Shown here piece after piece: positions 24,889 through 37,625 of a DNA stretch of 64,000 nt. Numbering within the stretch: position 1 is the first letter of the stretch; the number at the start of each line of letters is the position of its first letter. This stretch comes from Mytilus trossulus (lineage: Eukaryota): positions 96,348,001 to 96,412,000 of the forward strand of contig NC_086374.1 in NCBI RefSeq assembly GCF_036588685.1, read 5' to 3'. A model generated the notes under the pieces. That model did not search any database. It was not told where the DNA came from and saw nothing but the letters and a program-made list of their open reading frames with translations. The translations under genes and the position numbers were made by a program.

Positions 24889-25209
24889 GAACCAAAAAAA
24901 AAAAAGCGAAAGCAAATTTACAGATCTAACATTGTTGCGTTGATGTTTAGACGAGTTGTATATATATATCTTTACTATTAAACGAGAAGACCTCATTTTG
25001 GGTGTCGCTTCTCTTCCTTCCACAATAAATCAATCATCATGCCTCTGTGTCCTTTAGGTAACATGCATAGTCGCATTTGTCATCCATTCCTATGATTATT
25101 CAGATTGAGTTATTTTGGGAGAAAAACATCAAAAAAGAGTCCGGATATGATTCCGTCATCGGACTATCTTTTAGTCACAGATGAGATTTCCGGTTTGAAA
25201 GATGCACAA

Positions 25210-25458
25210 ATACAACCAATCGTATGATAGATAACTAAATATGAAAAATAAATAAGCCATTCAGAGCGTTCTCCATAACATGGGGCTTAGATCGCACGAA
25301 CCACAACTATAATACCTCCTTATAGAGGTCTGGACAAAAAAAATCGCGTTTATCTATTATGTAAACTACGATTATGATACTTTAATATATAGAGAATCTC
25401 TGTATTCTGTCTTCTGTTTTCTTTAAAATGTTTACTATTTAAGGGGTCATACCAGTTG

Positions 25459-25489
<31 letters not shown>

Positions 25490-25885
25490 AGTAAAATATT
25501 TGACCCAAGTACAACCAATCGTATGATGGATAACAAAAATGGAGAAAAAAAAGCCATTCAGAGCGTTCTCCATATCATGGTGTTTAGATCGCAATAATCA
25601 CAACTATTATACCTCCTTAGAGAGGACAATTATTTTTCGCGTTTCATATCACGGTGTTTAGATCGCAAGAACCACAACTATTATACCTCGTTACATAAGT
25701 TAATTATTTTTCGCGTTTATCTACATGTAAACTACGATTAATATACTACTTTAATATATAGAGACTATTTGTATTCTGTCAGGGACTTTCTATGTTAGTA
25801 TAGAATGTCGGCCCTGATTCTGTTTTCTTTGAAATGTTTACTACTTAAGGGGTCATACCACTTGCATATATATTAAAATAAGTAA
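25210..25885. repeat. Diverged direct duplication, about 300-bp period
   Basis: tacaaccaatcgtatgat...aagccattcagagcgttctccat...aaggggtcatacca appears at 25211 and 25510. Confidence 0.85.
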
Positions 25886-26410
25886 AACATGCTTAACTTC
25901 ATCTAAAACTACCTCGACCAAAAACTTTAACCTGAAGCGGGACAGACATGGACGGACGGACGAACGAACGAGCGAACGGACGGACGGGCAGACTAGCCTG
26001 AAAACATAATGCCCATAAATGGGGCATTAAAATTTATTGTCGAAAGGGAAAATAGTGATTTGGCAAAAATGAAAGTAAGTTAGAGATTAAATTTAGGCGA
26101 GCATTTTTCGGGGCGTCGGGATCGTGTGTTTTTAAGCTCGGGATTTGGGGATTGATCCTTTCTGAATCCGGAAATATATTTTTCGATTTCGTGATTTCGG
26201 GATATGCATTTCTTTTAATTCTGCATCTCTGGATTTCATGGTTTTTAAATCCGCGGGATTTCGGGATCAGGACCCCTCCGACCACCCCTCAAATTAGCCT
26301 TAGTCATTTATACATGATGCATATCCTACCATTGACATCTTAATAAGGCTCTCAAAAGAAAAAGTAAAAACACTGAAGGATTGTCCTAGAAGCATATTTT
26401 ATTATAATGA

Positions 26411-26706
26411 TCTATATATAAGCAGTTAGATTTATTTCATGTTTGAAACGGTGCAAATTGTTAATTTTATTTAACTTTCACCAAAAGCAGCATTGTAGCA
26501 AAGGAGAAGAATAAAAGTGGTCTGAGGCCAGACTCACGAAAATATTTGAATTTAACAGATAGGAAACAAATATCGGACTTTTGAACAAGGGAGAAGGCTG
26601 TTGATACCTTTTATGAAATTTCCCATACATACTATCTTTCACAAAAAAATCATCCTACAACAGTCCACAAGCTGTATATACCCGCGATTTCGCGGGTGTG
26701 TTCTAG
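26411..26706 (+). mobile_element. Non-autonomous Helitron, about 296 bp
   Basis: A|TCTATATATAAG 5' end; 3' hairpin CCCGCG-attt-CGCGGG followed by CTAG|T; inserted between A and T. Confidence 0.75.
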
Positions 26707-27360
26707 TATATATATATATATATAAACAAGTCTAAATTGAAAATACGTTCAAACCTATGATTGCGTTGGATAAAAACCGCAATTTTTATACGTGTGCATG
26801 TAAAACCGTTGTAGAAGGGTCTAAATACTGCAAAAACAACAATTTCCAAAAGACCAAAAAAGTGAAGAAAAAAAAGTATATTTAAACAAAACGCATTTGA
26901 CTAACAGGTCGAAAAACTGATGTTCTTTAACCCTGCTGACTGCCATTGGCGATTGCCAAATAAAATATATATATATCAAAAACAATTTACAAATCTCAAA
27001 TATGAGTCAGAAGGTTTTGACCACTGAAATTTGTCAATAGAAATAAAAGTTAGATCAAACAGATTTTGAAAAGTGTGCGATATATTTTATACAGAAATAG
27101 TCCAGTGCTTTACTTTATAAACTTTGATAGACAAGACGTCCTTTTCAATCATATAATATATTATAGTACTTGGTAAAACGTTTTTTTTTCTGTGTCATAT
27201 TTTCTCTTTTAAAAAAATGAAAATATCAGCATGAAAACGTTAAAAAATGAAAATATAATGCGGAGGCATAAATTATAAGACCATCTTCTCCCTTTAAAAA
27301 AAAGATCCACAAAATACGTTCGTTACTCTCCCCAGACGTTAACTATACTTGAAGCACAAA

Positions 27361-27399
27361 ATGGCTTTGAACGCGCAGTGTACAGACTCTCAAAAGGAG
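27361..27399 (+). CDS. Probable first coding exon of the KCTD gene (MALNAQCTDSQKE)
   Basis: aaaATGG context, 39 nt, GAG|gtaaac donor, phase 0 matching the acceptor at 28914. Confidence 0.6.
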
Positions 27400-28914
27400 G
27401 TAAACATTTAATTAATGACTTAACAAAACATAATTTACAAAACAAAATCAAATACATACACTCAAACCTTAACTTTCAAAACAAAGATAAAAAAAAATGT
27501 TCTGATAAAACCATTGATTTACGTGTCTCTCCTGCAACAAATAAGAAACAACTTCAAGGGAATACTATTTCTTTCAAGTGTATATGCTCAAAATTCTAGG
27601 GTAAATATTGTAAATTACAAAATGAGAAAAAAAAATATTTGTCAAGGGATTTGTTAAAAACAGAAATATGTAATCGTTATGTCTTCGGTTTGTTTGAATA
27701 ATGAAATAACAAATTTAGGCGTGTTTGATTCATAAAATGATCAACTTACGGTGTGTTTGAATATTAAAATACATGTGCCATAAACATTCCAAACTTCTTT
27801 TGAAGTAGATATCCGCGTGTTGTTGTGTCATAATATAATAATAATAAGTGTGACAAAAGTGTCCAAATCTGGGCAAAATAACTATTTAATTGGAGTATTT
27901 GGGTTTAATCAAACAATAAAAAAAGTTTTTATAAAAGAAAGAACTTCAACTATTATTTAGGTAATAATGTTTGTTAATTTTTTACTCAAACACACCTTTG
28001 CAAACCTTTATGAATAGTGTACCAAACTTGGACTTCGTGTTCCATAGCAAGAATCTAAAGCAAAATTTTCAAAATCAGAACTTTTTTCTTCGTTTTCTGC
28101 TTTTTACTGTCAGATGAACAGGATTGTGTTTTATTGTTGTCATCATTCACATGACGATACAGCCTGTGGTTTTGTTTTTTGATTTTTTAAAATAAATTTT
28201 GATAATTATTTTGAATTTTTCATGTATTTTTCAGAATTTGGACAACACTTTTCTGTAGTTTATTTTTATTATTTTTGTCATTTTTTTTTTTTTTTTTTTT
28301 TTAATTATGTTCATAATTACTTATAGCAGCAGTCAATGGCAAAACACATGGTTTTGATTAACTTACAAAACATTTCCAGCATATATTCCTTGAATAACCA
28401 CGTTTTGCATTGGTTGTCATTTTAGAAAGTTCGATCAACTTAAAGTTGATACATGGCCAGTCACTCAGTAGATACTCATTGTACATACATGTAACAACCA
28501 CTAACATGAAAGAGCCGCTAGTTAATGTAATGAATAAGGTTCTAACTTTCTTCTAAATCACTAAATACTATACAGTTTCTTTTGTGGGAAGTTAATATTT
28601 TTTAAGACATCTTAATACAACAACCGGTAAACAAAAAACAGACAGATAAAAAAAAAATAGAATAAAACATTGTCTCTGCTGTTAATGAATATAAGGACGT
28701 GTTGCATGGTGGTCAATCAAGCCATTTTCCAATAGAGTCAAAATAAAGCAGATATAAGCAAGCCAATCATAGGTTAACGTATATCCCTTAACAATGAGCA
28801 AAACCTATGCCGTTTAGTCAGCTGTTAAAGGCCCTGACTTTACAAAATGTATGACAATCTAAAGTAATTATTATCGATTCTAATAGACTGTGTATTTACT
28901 TTTTTAATTTGTAG

Positions 28915-29739
28915 ATGCCTCCAGTTGTGAAACTTAATGTAGGTGGTAGACATTTTGAAACAAGACTTGAAACATTAAGGAAATATCCGGAATCAATGCT
29001 AGGAGTTATGTTTAGCGGCCGATATAAATTAGATTTGACCGATGATGGACGGTATTTCATAGACAGAAACGGTGATTACTTTGAACATATTTTAGAATTT
29101 CTGAGAGACAGCTCTTACCTACCACCTAAGGACTTTCTTTTCGCAGTTTTCCGCGAAGCTGACTATTTTGCCCTTGATGCACTATGCGATAAAATGACGA
29201 TGACACCACCAATATATCCATTTTGCGGTGACAGACCTGACCCAGTTCCAAATTACATGGAAATTAAAGAAAATATAATGAAAGAATCACGTGATTTCGT
29301 GAAAGCTACAGCACGCGGACAAACAATTGTATATTTACTTGCGCTTCAGGCCATTGAAGACCACCAGCCGTATCCTGAGTATGTGTATTCCAGTGAAATA
29401 AAGCACCTGTTGAAAATCGTTGTACCAATTGATAGTCCATGGGATTGTTTTTCACACCAATCAAATGCAATTAAAAGTATCGTAGATGAACAGGACATTG
29501 AGGGTATCGAAGATGTTCCACCTATACTTACATTTAAAGCTGAGAGCAAAGACCACGCTCTGTCTGTTTCCAATTGCTTATTCTTTGATTTAAAGAAACA
29601 CGGATTAGACATCAAAATGGAAAATGAAAACTGTACTTCACTAGGTTTTGTGGATCAATTTGATTTTAAAACAAAAGAATATGGAGAATTTGGATGTAAT
29701 CCTTGTCATCATCACAGTAAATTCACGTTCCTCTGGTAA
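28915..29739 (+). CDS. BTB/POZ (T1-type) domain protein, KCTD7/KCTD14-like; main exon
   Basis: VVKLNVGGRHFETRLETLRKYPESMLGVMFSGR...YFIDRNGDYFEHILEFLR...EADYFAL; C-terminal KFTFLW resembles the KCTD7/14 ends; preceded by acceptor tttttaatttgtag. Confidence 0.92.
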   Translation: MPPVVKLNVGGRHFETRLETLRKYPESMLGVMFSGRYKLDLTDDGRYFIDRNGDYFEHILEFLRDSSYLPPKDFLFAVFREADYFALDALCDKMTMTPPIYPFCGDRPDPVPNYMEIKENIMKESRDFVKATARGQTIVYLLALQAIEDHQPYPEYVYSSEIKHLLKIVVPIDSPWDCFSHQSNAIKSIVDEQDIEGIEDVPPILTFKAESKDHALSVSNCLFFDLKKHGLDIKMENENCTSLGFVDQFDFKTKEYGEFGCNPCHHHSKFTFLW

Positions 29740-30765
29740 AGGGAATGTTGTTGATGTAATTGTGATTAGTCCATCAGAAATATTGTGTTTTGGCCGAATG
29801 CACACGATTTTACATTAACCGAGTCGATATGTAGATATTAGCGAAAGCACAATCAGTTTTAGATAAATAAATGCTATCAGCTACTTTGAATATAAACATT
29901 TTCAGAACTAAGATTGTTTTAATAAATGTATATTCCTGCGACTTTTTCTGATTTGTAAAAAAGCATTGTAATGTTCAGACCTGGCAATCACACAAAAAAG
30001 ATCGATCTTTAATAAGGTCGATCTGAAAAAAGATCGATATTTACTAAGATTTAAGATCGATCTTTGGTCCAGTGTAAATGGGTAAGATTGATCTTCAACC
30101 GGACTTAACAAGTTTACCTCTAGAGGTGGTTTTAAAAAGATCAATCTTATTTGAATCGATCTTTTTTTTTTTGTGAATTTAAAACGTTTTTAGGTTTTTG
30201 TGTTATATTTAGATAGGAAAATAAAGGTCATACCGGTTCTTTTTATGTTATAATAGTGTAAACACACAGGATTAGATAAGATTATCTTGCTTGTGCAATG
30301 AAACGCAAGCTGGTCTTTTAAAGATCGATTCAAATAAAGATCGATCCAATTTCGTTGCCAGTGTAAACGGGATCTTATAGTGGAATCCGATTTAGTTAGT
30401 GCATATGACAATTACTAAGTTAAATGTTAATGTATACGGATGGACGTTAAAACACGTTACTATAGATTACTCTTCTTTGTTCCCATTTTCAAAAAGACAT
30501 TTTTTTGTAAAATAAATGAATAAACATAAATTTATCCATTTCTAAATTGTCAAAATAGTTTCAATGCTGACACCCCCCCCCCCCCCTATTTTAAATAGCT
30601 AAACACGTCAAGTGCACGCGAAAACCCATCTCCAACTAAGGGGTTACATCGGAGGTCACATGAATCCGGATCCAATGGGATTGAATTATTCACTTGCAGG
30701 TGAATAACTTAATCATTCATAAGCGATGTTCCTTAGCTTATTTTGTCAAAAGCGAACCAAACTAG

Positions 30766-33700
30766 TAGTGCGGTGACTGAAGGTAGATTTTTTGGATTTT
30801 AATCTCCCCACCGAACACACACCTATATAATATATCATTGCAAAGAGGAAATCGTGTACTATAATAATATGCCTGTCGTCAGGACTTTGTATGGTCACAA
30901 CTTTTTTAAATTGAGGTCAAAGGTTATATGTGAAAATCTGTGAAAATTTGGGAGGGTTTCAATTTTGACATTTTTTTCTATTTCTAAACTCTACATAAAT
31001 ACAAACGATACTGTTTTGGCTTTATTAATGTTTGTTATTATACATAAACCTTAATCATTAAGATTTATTTTATCAAAAAAATCCTAAAACGACGTTTTAG
31101 AAACAAAACTTCAAAAATTAAGTTTTCAACCTATAAAATGTTTAGAGCACCTGAACCTTTTGAAAAATTTCAATTTCAGGTAAAAAAAAACGTGTCATGC
31201 AGGACAATACTTTCAATTTATTTTTTAAACTATCATAGTTGGTGAGGTATCAAATCAAAGCAATAGAACACTACAGTCAAATACGACCTCAAATTGAATT
31301 GCGGATACTTCAGATTTTATCATAGACTATTCGTTGCTTTTGTTTTTTTCACAATTATTACTGCTTCCATATAGTATTATCTTTTGTTGCGTATTTAACT
31401 CTGGTTAATATCTATTACATTATAAGTTTTGTACCTATATCCCCCCTTTTTTTTCCTTGCAACGAATTTCAAAAGTATTCCATATAAAAAAAAGAAAAAG
31501 TGATATGATTGCAAATGAGGCAACCCTCCAAATGAGACATAAATTACCAATACGTCCCGTATGGGCTCCAACGATGAGTAAAATTTATACTGTATAGTCT
31601 TCAATTCACGAGATGAATATTGTAAAACAAACGAAAAATCTCTCGACCTGATTAATGTGCAAAATGAATAAGAAACAAACAAATAAAGTATATAGAAACA
31701 TACGACAAACACTGCATTATCGTCTCGTGACTTGAAACAGACACAAACAGAATGTGGCGGGGTTTGACTTTTTTAAGGGCACGCCAACACTCCCCAAACT
31801 CAGGGGCTGGGACCATGTGTATCAGTTCAACAAGCTCTATACCTAATCAACCGTTATCTCCATCATTTTTATTTTCACCAACCGTCACAAGACATGTTTT
31901 TAATATTTCTATACATTTCACTCATGGCCACAGGTATGCACATGAAAGGTTCTGCTCAAAGCAAACACGTTATTTTGAGTTTTTCTTTACAAGTACAGAC
32001 AAGGTATTGTAGGAAGTCCGAAGACATTTGTTCCCAAAGAAATAACAGCTTTAAACCATCCCTTTCAATTCATCCAATATTTTACAGAGATCTTAAATGG
32101 GGTTATATACATTTTCATGGACCTACAATCTGTCGATACCTGTAACTTGGCATTGCACACGGTCATGTTCTTCTCTGGCTGTTTATGACGTCTTTACACT
32201 AAATCCATTGTATGTTGGATGTGTACGGATTGAGTGCTTAGTCTTAGAGGCATGGTTTTTTAATTAGTTGTTGGTGGTTTTGAACTAGCTGTCAGATAAC
32301 TGCGAGTACTCTTAGATCTGCTCATTGTGCCTTTTTTGTCGGGATGTATAAGTACCCTGCCACGTCAACTTGCATTTTTTGTCTATCTGATGAGTGAAGT
32401 CTTTTTCAACTGACTTTTATAGTTCGTTCTTATGTTGAACTGTTATACCACTGTCCAAGGTTAGTGGGAGGGTTGGGATCCCGCTAACATGTTTAACCCC
32501 GCCACATTATTTATGTATTTGCCTGTCCCAAGTCAGGAGCCTGTAATTCAGTGATTGTCGTTTGTTTATGTGTTACATATTTGTTTTTCATTCATTTTTT
32601 ACATAAATGAAACCGTTAGTTTTCTCGTTTAGATTGTTTTACATTGTCTTATCGGGGCTCCTTTTATAGCTGACTATGCGGTATGGGCTTTGCTCATTGT
32701 TGAAGGCCGAACGGTCATTTTGGTCTTTTGTGGATAGTTGTTTCATGGGCAATCATATCACATCTTCTTTTCTATATTAAGATGACATCCATATGCTTGT
32801 CTGCAAAGATGATGGGGAAACATTATGCATGGGACGTACACACTATCTTGTTTTCGCTCAATTTCATGGTTTGCAACACATTAGATAGCGTCGCACTATA
32901 CTTTAAGAAGCATAAAATCCATTGGCATTCAATATTTCAACAAGGTGTTTCGAACCAAACTCATGGTACATTTATAAAGCCAATCCGAAATGAAAAGGAG
33001 TAAAACAAAATGGCCATACAAACGGTTGACGCAACTACGTAATTTCTGTGATTCCATTTCCTGAGAATAGTCTTGGCTATGCAGTTTCATCGAGTTACCA
33101 TAAAATGAATTGCAATAAAGACGAAGGCATTGACTGAGTTGAAGAAGAAAGAGACATTTCTTCGGAAGGTGGGTATACTTCTGTAGAGTTTGTAGAGATG
33201 TCTTTTCTATTGTATACTTGCAGCGGAATGACATATCTATCCGTTATTTGTGTCTATTACATTTGACATTAAAATTTTGAGTTCAGTTTTCAATTGACTA
33301 GCAGCTGATATGGCATCTCAAATAGTTATTTTGTTACAAAATATTGTTATATTTGCCTTGAACTTGTTGAAGTTGTTTGACAACTGTATTTCTATAGAAA
33401 TCAATGAGTTTAGACTGTATTTTACAAGTAGAATATTTTAAATTAGAAACAGCTGGAAGAAAAGATCTACTTCTCAGTAGTATATTTATCTAGAAACAGT
33501 GTCATGAGTAATGACCATTACATCGTTGTCAATAGCCAAAATAAAATTAGTAAAAGCAGTATCGTGATCTGAGATATCTGCTTTTTTTTTTTCGTTTTTA
33601 GCAAATAATTTGTAATGCAACCAAAATGACAGAGTGCTTGAAGTTTAAAAGATGGACGGGAAACTATTTCAACTCTAACTTTAACTGACACGGTTAAAAC

Positions 33701-34979
33701 ATTCTTAATACGCTCATATGATTCAAACTTGAGTAGTTTTTTTATCTTTCTAAAATGTTTTGTTGCAACAAAATATACAAGCGCTCTAGTTGAACGACTG
33801 CATTCTAGAACGCGTACACATACCCGAAACTGAGGGACAACAGTCCGATAATTGTATGTCGTCATTAAATATCAGATAAGAAGCTTCCTCGCTCTAAAAG
33901 GGGGAACAAATATGTTAACTTGTGGAACTCTTGTAGCATGAACAATGATAAACAGCCTGCAAGGACTTCTGTAAATTAACAGCTTTCGCATGAAACATCT
34001 TGATGTTCACCTCATCTAATCTTTTATTCAATGCAGGTACAAAAATCGACTTTCCTATAGTGGTAAATTGACCCAAAATTTCAGTCCATTTTTTCTTTTC
34101 TTTGCATATTAAGCACTGCATAAAATTTAACAACTTTTGTCTTTTCTTTGGACTTAATGGAGCAAGTTGCAACTGACTTGACATATCACGGAATATTTAC
34201 TGAAACTATCCGTCAATTATTTTGATTTTACAATTAGACTTTTCTGACAAAGTATATTTATTGTTTTATAACAAAAAAATCATAGAATATAAACACATAC
34301 AAACAAAGAATGTAGCATATATCAGTGCAAATATGTGTATATAATAGCGAAAAAGGTAATAATATCATATATCAGTTGAGAGCAAATTATTGACTAATAC
34401 ACAAAATGTGACGGAAGGGAAGTGATTAAGTTCCGTGTTGAAATTGAAGTTTTTTATTCCATTCTTTTTCCATTGATTTCTTAAGGGTTTTTTTCATATT
34501 TTGGTTCCGAAATTTTTATCACTGATTAGTTTTATGAAATACTATATGCTAAAATTATTATGGGATAATTTTTATTACTACTATAAAGAAGAAACTAAAG
34601 TTTGTGTCTGAATTTGGAATTACAATTACCTCAATTTTTAACAGTCTAAGATTCGCAAATTTTATAGATTATAAGAAAATGAAATACTAAATAGAATATT
34701 TCGATATATGAAAATAGCTTCCGGAAAAACTATATCAGTTAAATGTAAGCAAACATACACAATTTTTCATTTTGAAAAAGGGGGGTTGAAACTCTCCAAT
34801 GTACTACCAGTCATTAAAACGACTATTTAGAAAAATGTGACCGTACGAAATTCTGACGACAGGGCAAAAACTAAAGAAGACATATTTATCTTTAAGTTAA
34901 GACCATTTTTAGCCGTGTGTTATTTGGGGAGATTAAACTCGCGATCTAGACGACTTTTTACACTTCTGTCACCGCACTA
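30766..34979 (-). mobile_element. 4.2-kb DNA transposon with imperfect TIRs, 3-bp TSD (TAG) and decayed transposase; Academ-like
   Basis: Left TAGTGCGGTGACTGAAG, right CTTCTGTCACCGCACTA; further inverted blocks tttaatctcccc..aacacac and cctgtcgtcag..ggtcaca; TAG flanks both ends; broken ORF at about 32950-34184 (CLIC, YHCSCYKS, TRS..FN*SACIFC). Confidence 0.7.
32140..32772. repeat. Dispersed repeat nested within the transposon
   Basis: Core aacatgtttaaccccgcc..gcctgtcccaagtcaggagcct shared with 63110-63162; end ggcaatcat..catcttctttt shared with 46285-46310 and 35060-35090 (reverse). Confidence 0.75.
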
Positions 34980-36636
34980 TAGGTGCTAAAAGCGAATATT
35001 TTTATTATTTTTCACTTTCCTATAATGACTCAATTTGAACAAAAATATATATATATATAAAAGAAGATGTGGTATGATTGCCAATGAGACAACTATTCAC
35101 CAAAATACACGTATTTCATTTTGTTAATATCTCGTACCTGATGCCCCTTTTAACTAGCTAGCTATACTGCAGTCATGTCGTATCTCTCTAACGTTTAGAA
35201 TCAATATGTGTATACACTCTTCAAGGCAAGAAACCCATTATTGGCTGTAGCTTTCCATTTATACATTTAGTTTTATGTCGATCGTCTGAATCAATTATGC
35301 ATATTGTCTCACTATTGGTTGACCCCCACACAAATGGAGATTTTTTTTAATCAAAAGCACCATCGTCGGGGTGTGATTTTTCTGTATTTATAAATGAAAT
35401 GTCGGATATTAGTTTTTTTGCTTTGGTGATGACGACGAGTCGGCTTGCAAAAGATGGAGATTGTGTATTGTGACCTTGACTTATCAACAAATCTACTGAG
35501 ATGTTTTTCAATGACATGGAGCATTCTCAAGCTATGTTTGGTGATTTATTAGACAGTCACAAGCATCATAAAATAAGACATCACATTGGACCACTCACAG
35601 TTTGGTAAATGATTGACAATTGGTTTTAAAGCTAACATCTAGGAACAAAATTACGGTCCTTCTTTCTGTGTCTATAAATTGCTACTGTGACTTTGACCTT
35701 TAACACAGTTATATTGAAATTAAATATAATAGAGGTTGTGTTAATTCCATTGGATATTATCCCACCAAGTTTTTTTTTCATTAGAAATACGAATGGTTCA
35801 GAAACAAAACAAAAAAAATGTTGTCCTAATTTCAGTTTATTGAATACTGCTCACAGAAATATCATCTTTAACTAAATTATAACAGCAAGTTATGTAAACG
35901 TAAGACCCATATTAGACCTTGACCTATAGAATATAAAATCACTAATTATGTCCCTATTTCATATGCAGAGTTTTATCAAACAAACATTGTTAAAACAAAT
36001 AATCATAGGATCAAAACATAACATCCGAAACCAAACTGTTGTCCACGTTTTGGTCCATCAATATCTGCTGTGACAATGACCTTTGACCTAATGTCCCCAA
36101 ATTCAACAAACAAAAATTTCCTCATCCTTTGGGGCATTATTAAAACCTAGTAAGGTAAAGATTTTATTTATGACTAAAGATTTTGTTCGCAAACAAATAT
36201 ATTGACATTAGGCCATTCGGACGCTCGGATATCCGGACGGAATTCCTCCTATAGTCGAGTATGTCTTTATCGGAACTCGTCTGAAACGTTTGTATAGCAA
36301 GAAGATCAAATACTAGTAAACGTTTTAATATACATGTAAAACAATAACAACAAATATAAATCTTTATAACATTGAACATATATGACATATATTACGTACT
36401 GTAATGTTAAACAAAGGAATACTGTTCCTTGACAGTAATTAATAAATGATAAATTATATATTGGCAAGTTGTTTTATTGTATTTCTACTTTAAAACATAG
36501 CGACATGAATTATATGAACATTGTACAAATATTAATAAACAAGCAAATTCAATATGCTTATTATATATCATAGCTTGTGATGGAACAGTTAAAATAAACT
36601 TGTTTTCCAACAAGATAACTACAGTTGCCAATTTCT

Positions 36637-37625
36637 TCATCCCATCTTAGTTGTTCTCTTTTTTCTTAAGTTGTTGCGTACAATCAATACTACTCCAAGG
36701 ACGACGGCAATTAGTGCTACGCCAAATGTCAAAAGATATCCGTAACGAGTACAATGCAAACCTTTACAAAACGTTGAAGCATCTGAACTTACTTCGAGAT
36801 CATATATTTCACCAAAAATCAAATGAAGAATAATTATTAGAACAGCTCGAAGTAGCATTACCAGACCCCAATTGCGCATTAAATTATCAATGTGAAACAC
36901 TTCACTCATAGCTGTAGGTCCAATGGTATACACTATTCCAGTTCCAATAGCGGCTAACACTACCGCAGTGATGACAACCCCCTTTCCTGACGATAAGAAA
37001 GCATTTAACATCGAACTGATGGCTAAACATATTACTCCCGCGATTAAGAATGATGTCCTCGTTAAAATATGCTTCATTTTGTCAGATGCTGCACTGAATA
37101 CCAATGCTGCAACAATCACTATCGGTGGGTACATAATCGTGATGATACTATCTATAGAGGTCAGATCAAGTTCTTTTGTTAAGACTGTCATATTGTTGCT
37201 TAGCAAAAGCGACACAGCAAATGCCGATGAACACATCCACGCAAGCAATTGATAATCAACAGTGCAGAGTAGTTCCGAAAAGGATTTTTCTGATAATGCG
37301 TTATTAGTGTCCATTGCTTCATATTTGAAATTTGAAGACTGTGGTTCCTCATTGTCAACAGTAAGTTCTCCAACATTAGAGGATGCGTTTCTGAGGAATA
37401 TCATACAAAATATATATACGGCAGCATTGAAAGATACCACAACAATCAAAAGTCCTTCGAATCGGTCGGCTGCTGCAAAAGCCTTGTAATATATAACAGT
37501 GAAGCTGATCATGCCAATATCAATGAAAATAAACATCATTGCCATAATACGACCCCTTTTGTCTTCTGCAAAATGCGTTGCGTTAAATCGTAATGCCATA
37601 ATGTAGGCTACAGAACCTCCAAGAC
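36637..37625 (-). CDS. MFS transporter last exon
   Basis: ttcaaag|(G)LGGSVAYIMALRFN...KKRTTKMG-stop. Confidence 0.92.

Noticed and set aside
36651-37489. Plus-strand ORFs over the MFS exon (similarly 29346-29615, 53427-53738, 5882-6103)
   Set aside because: Antisense shadows of real coding exons.
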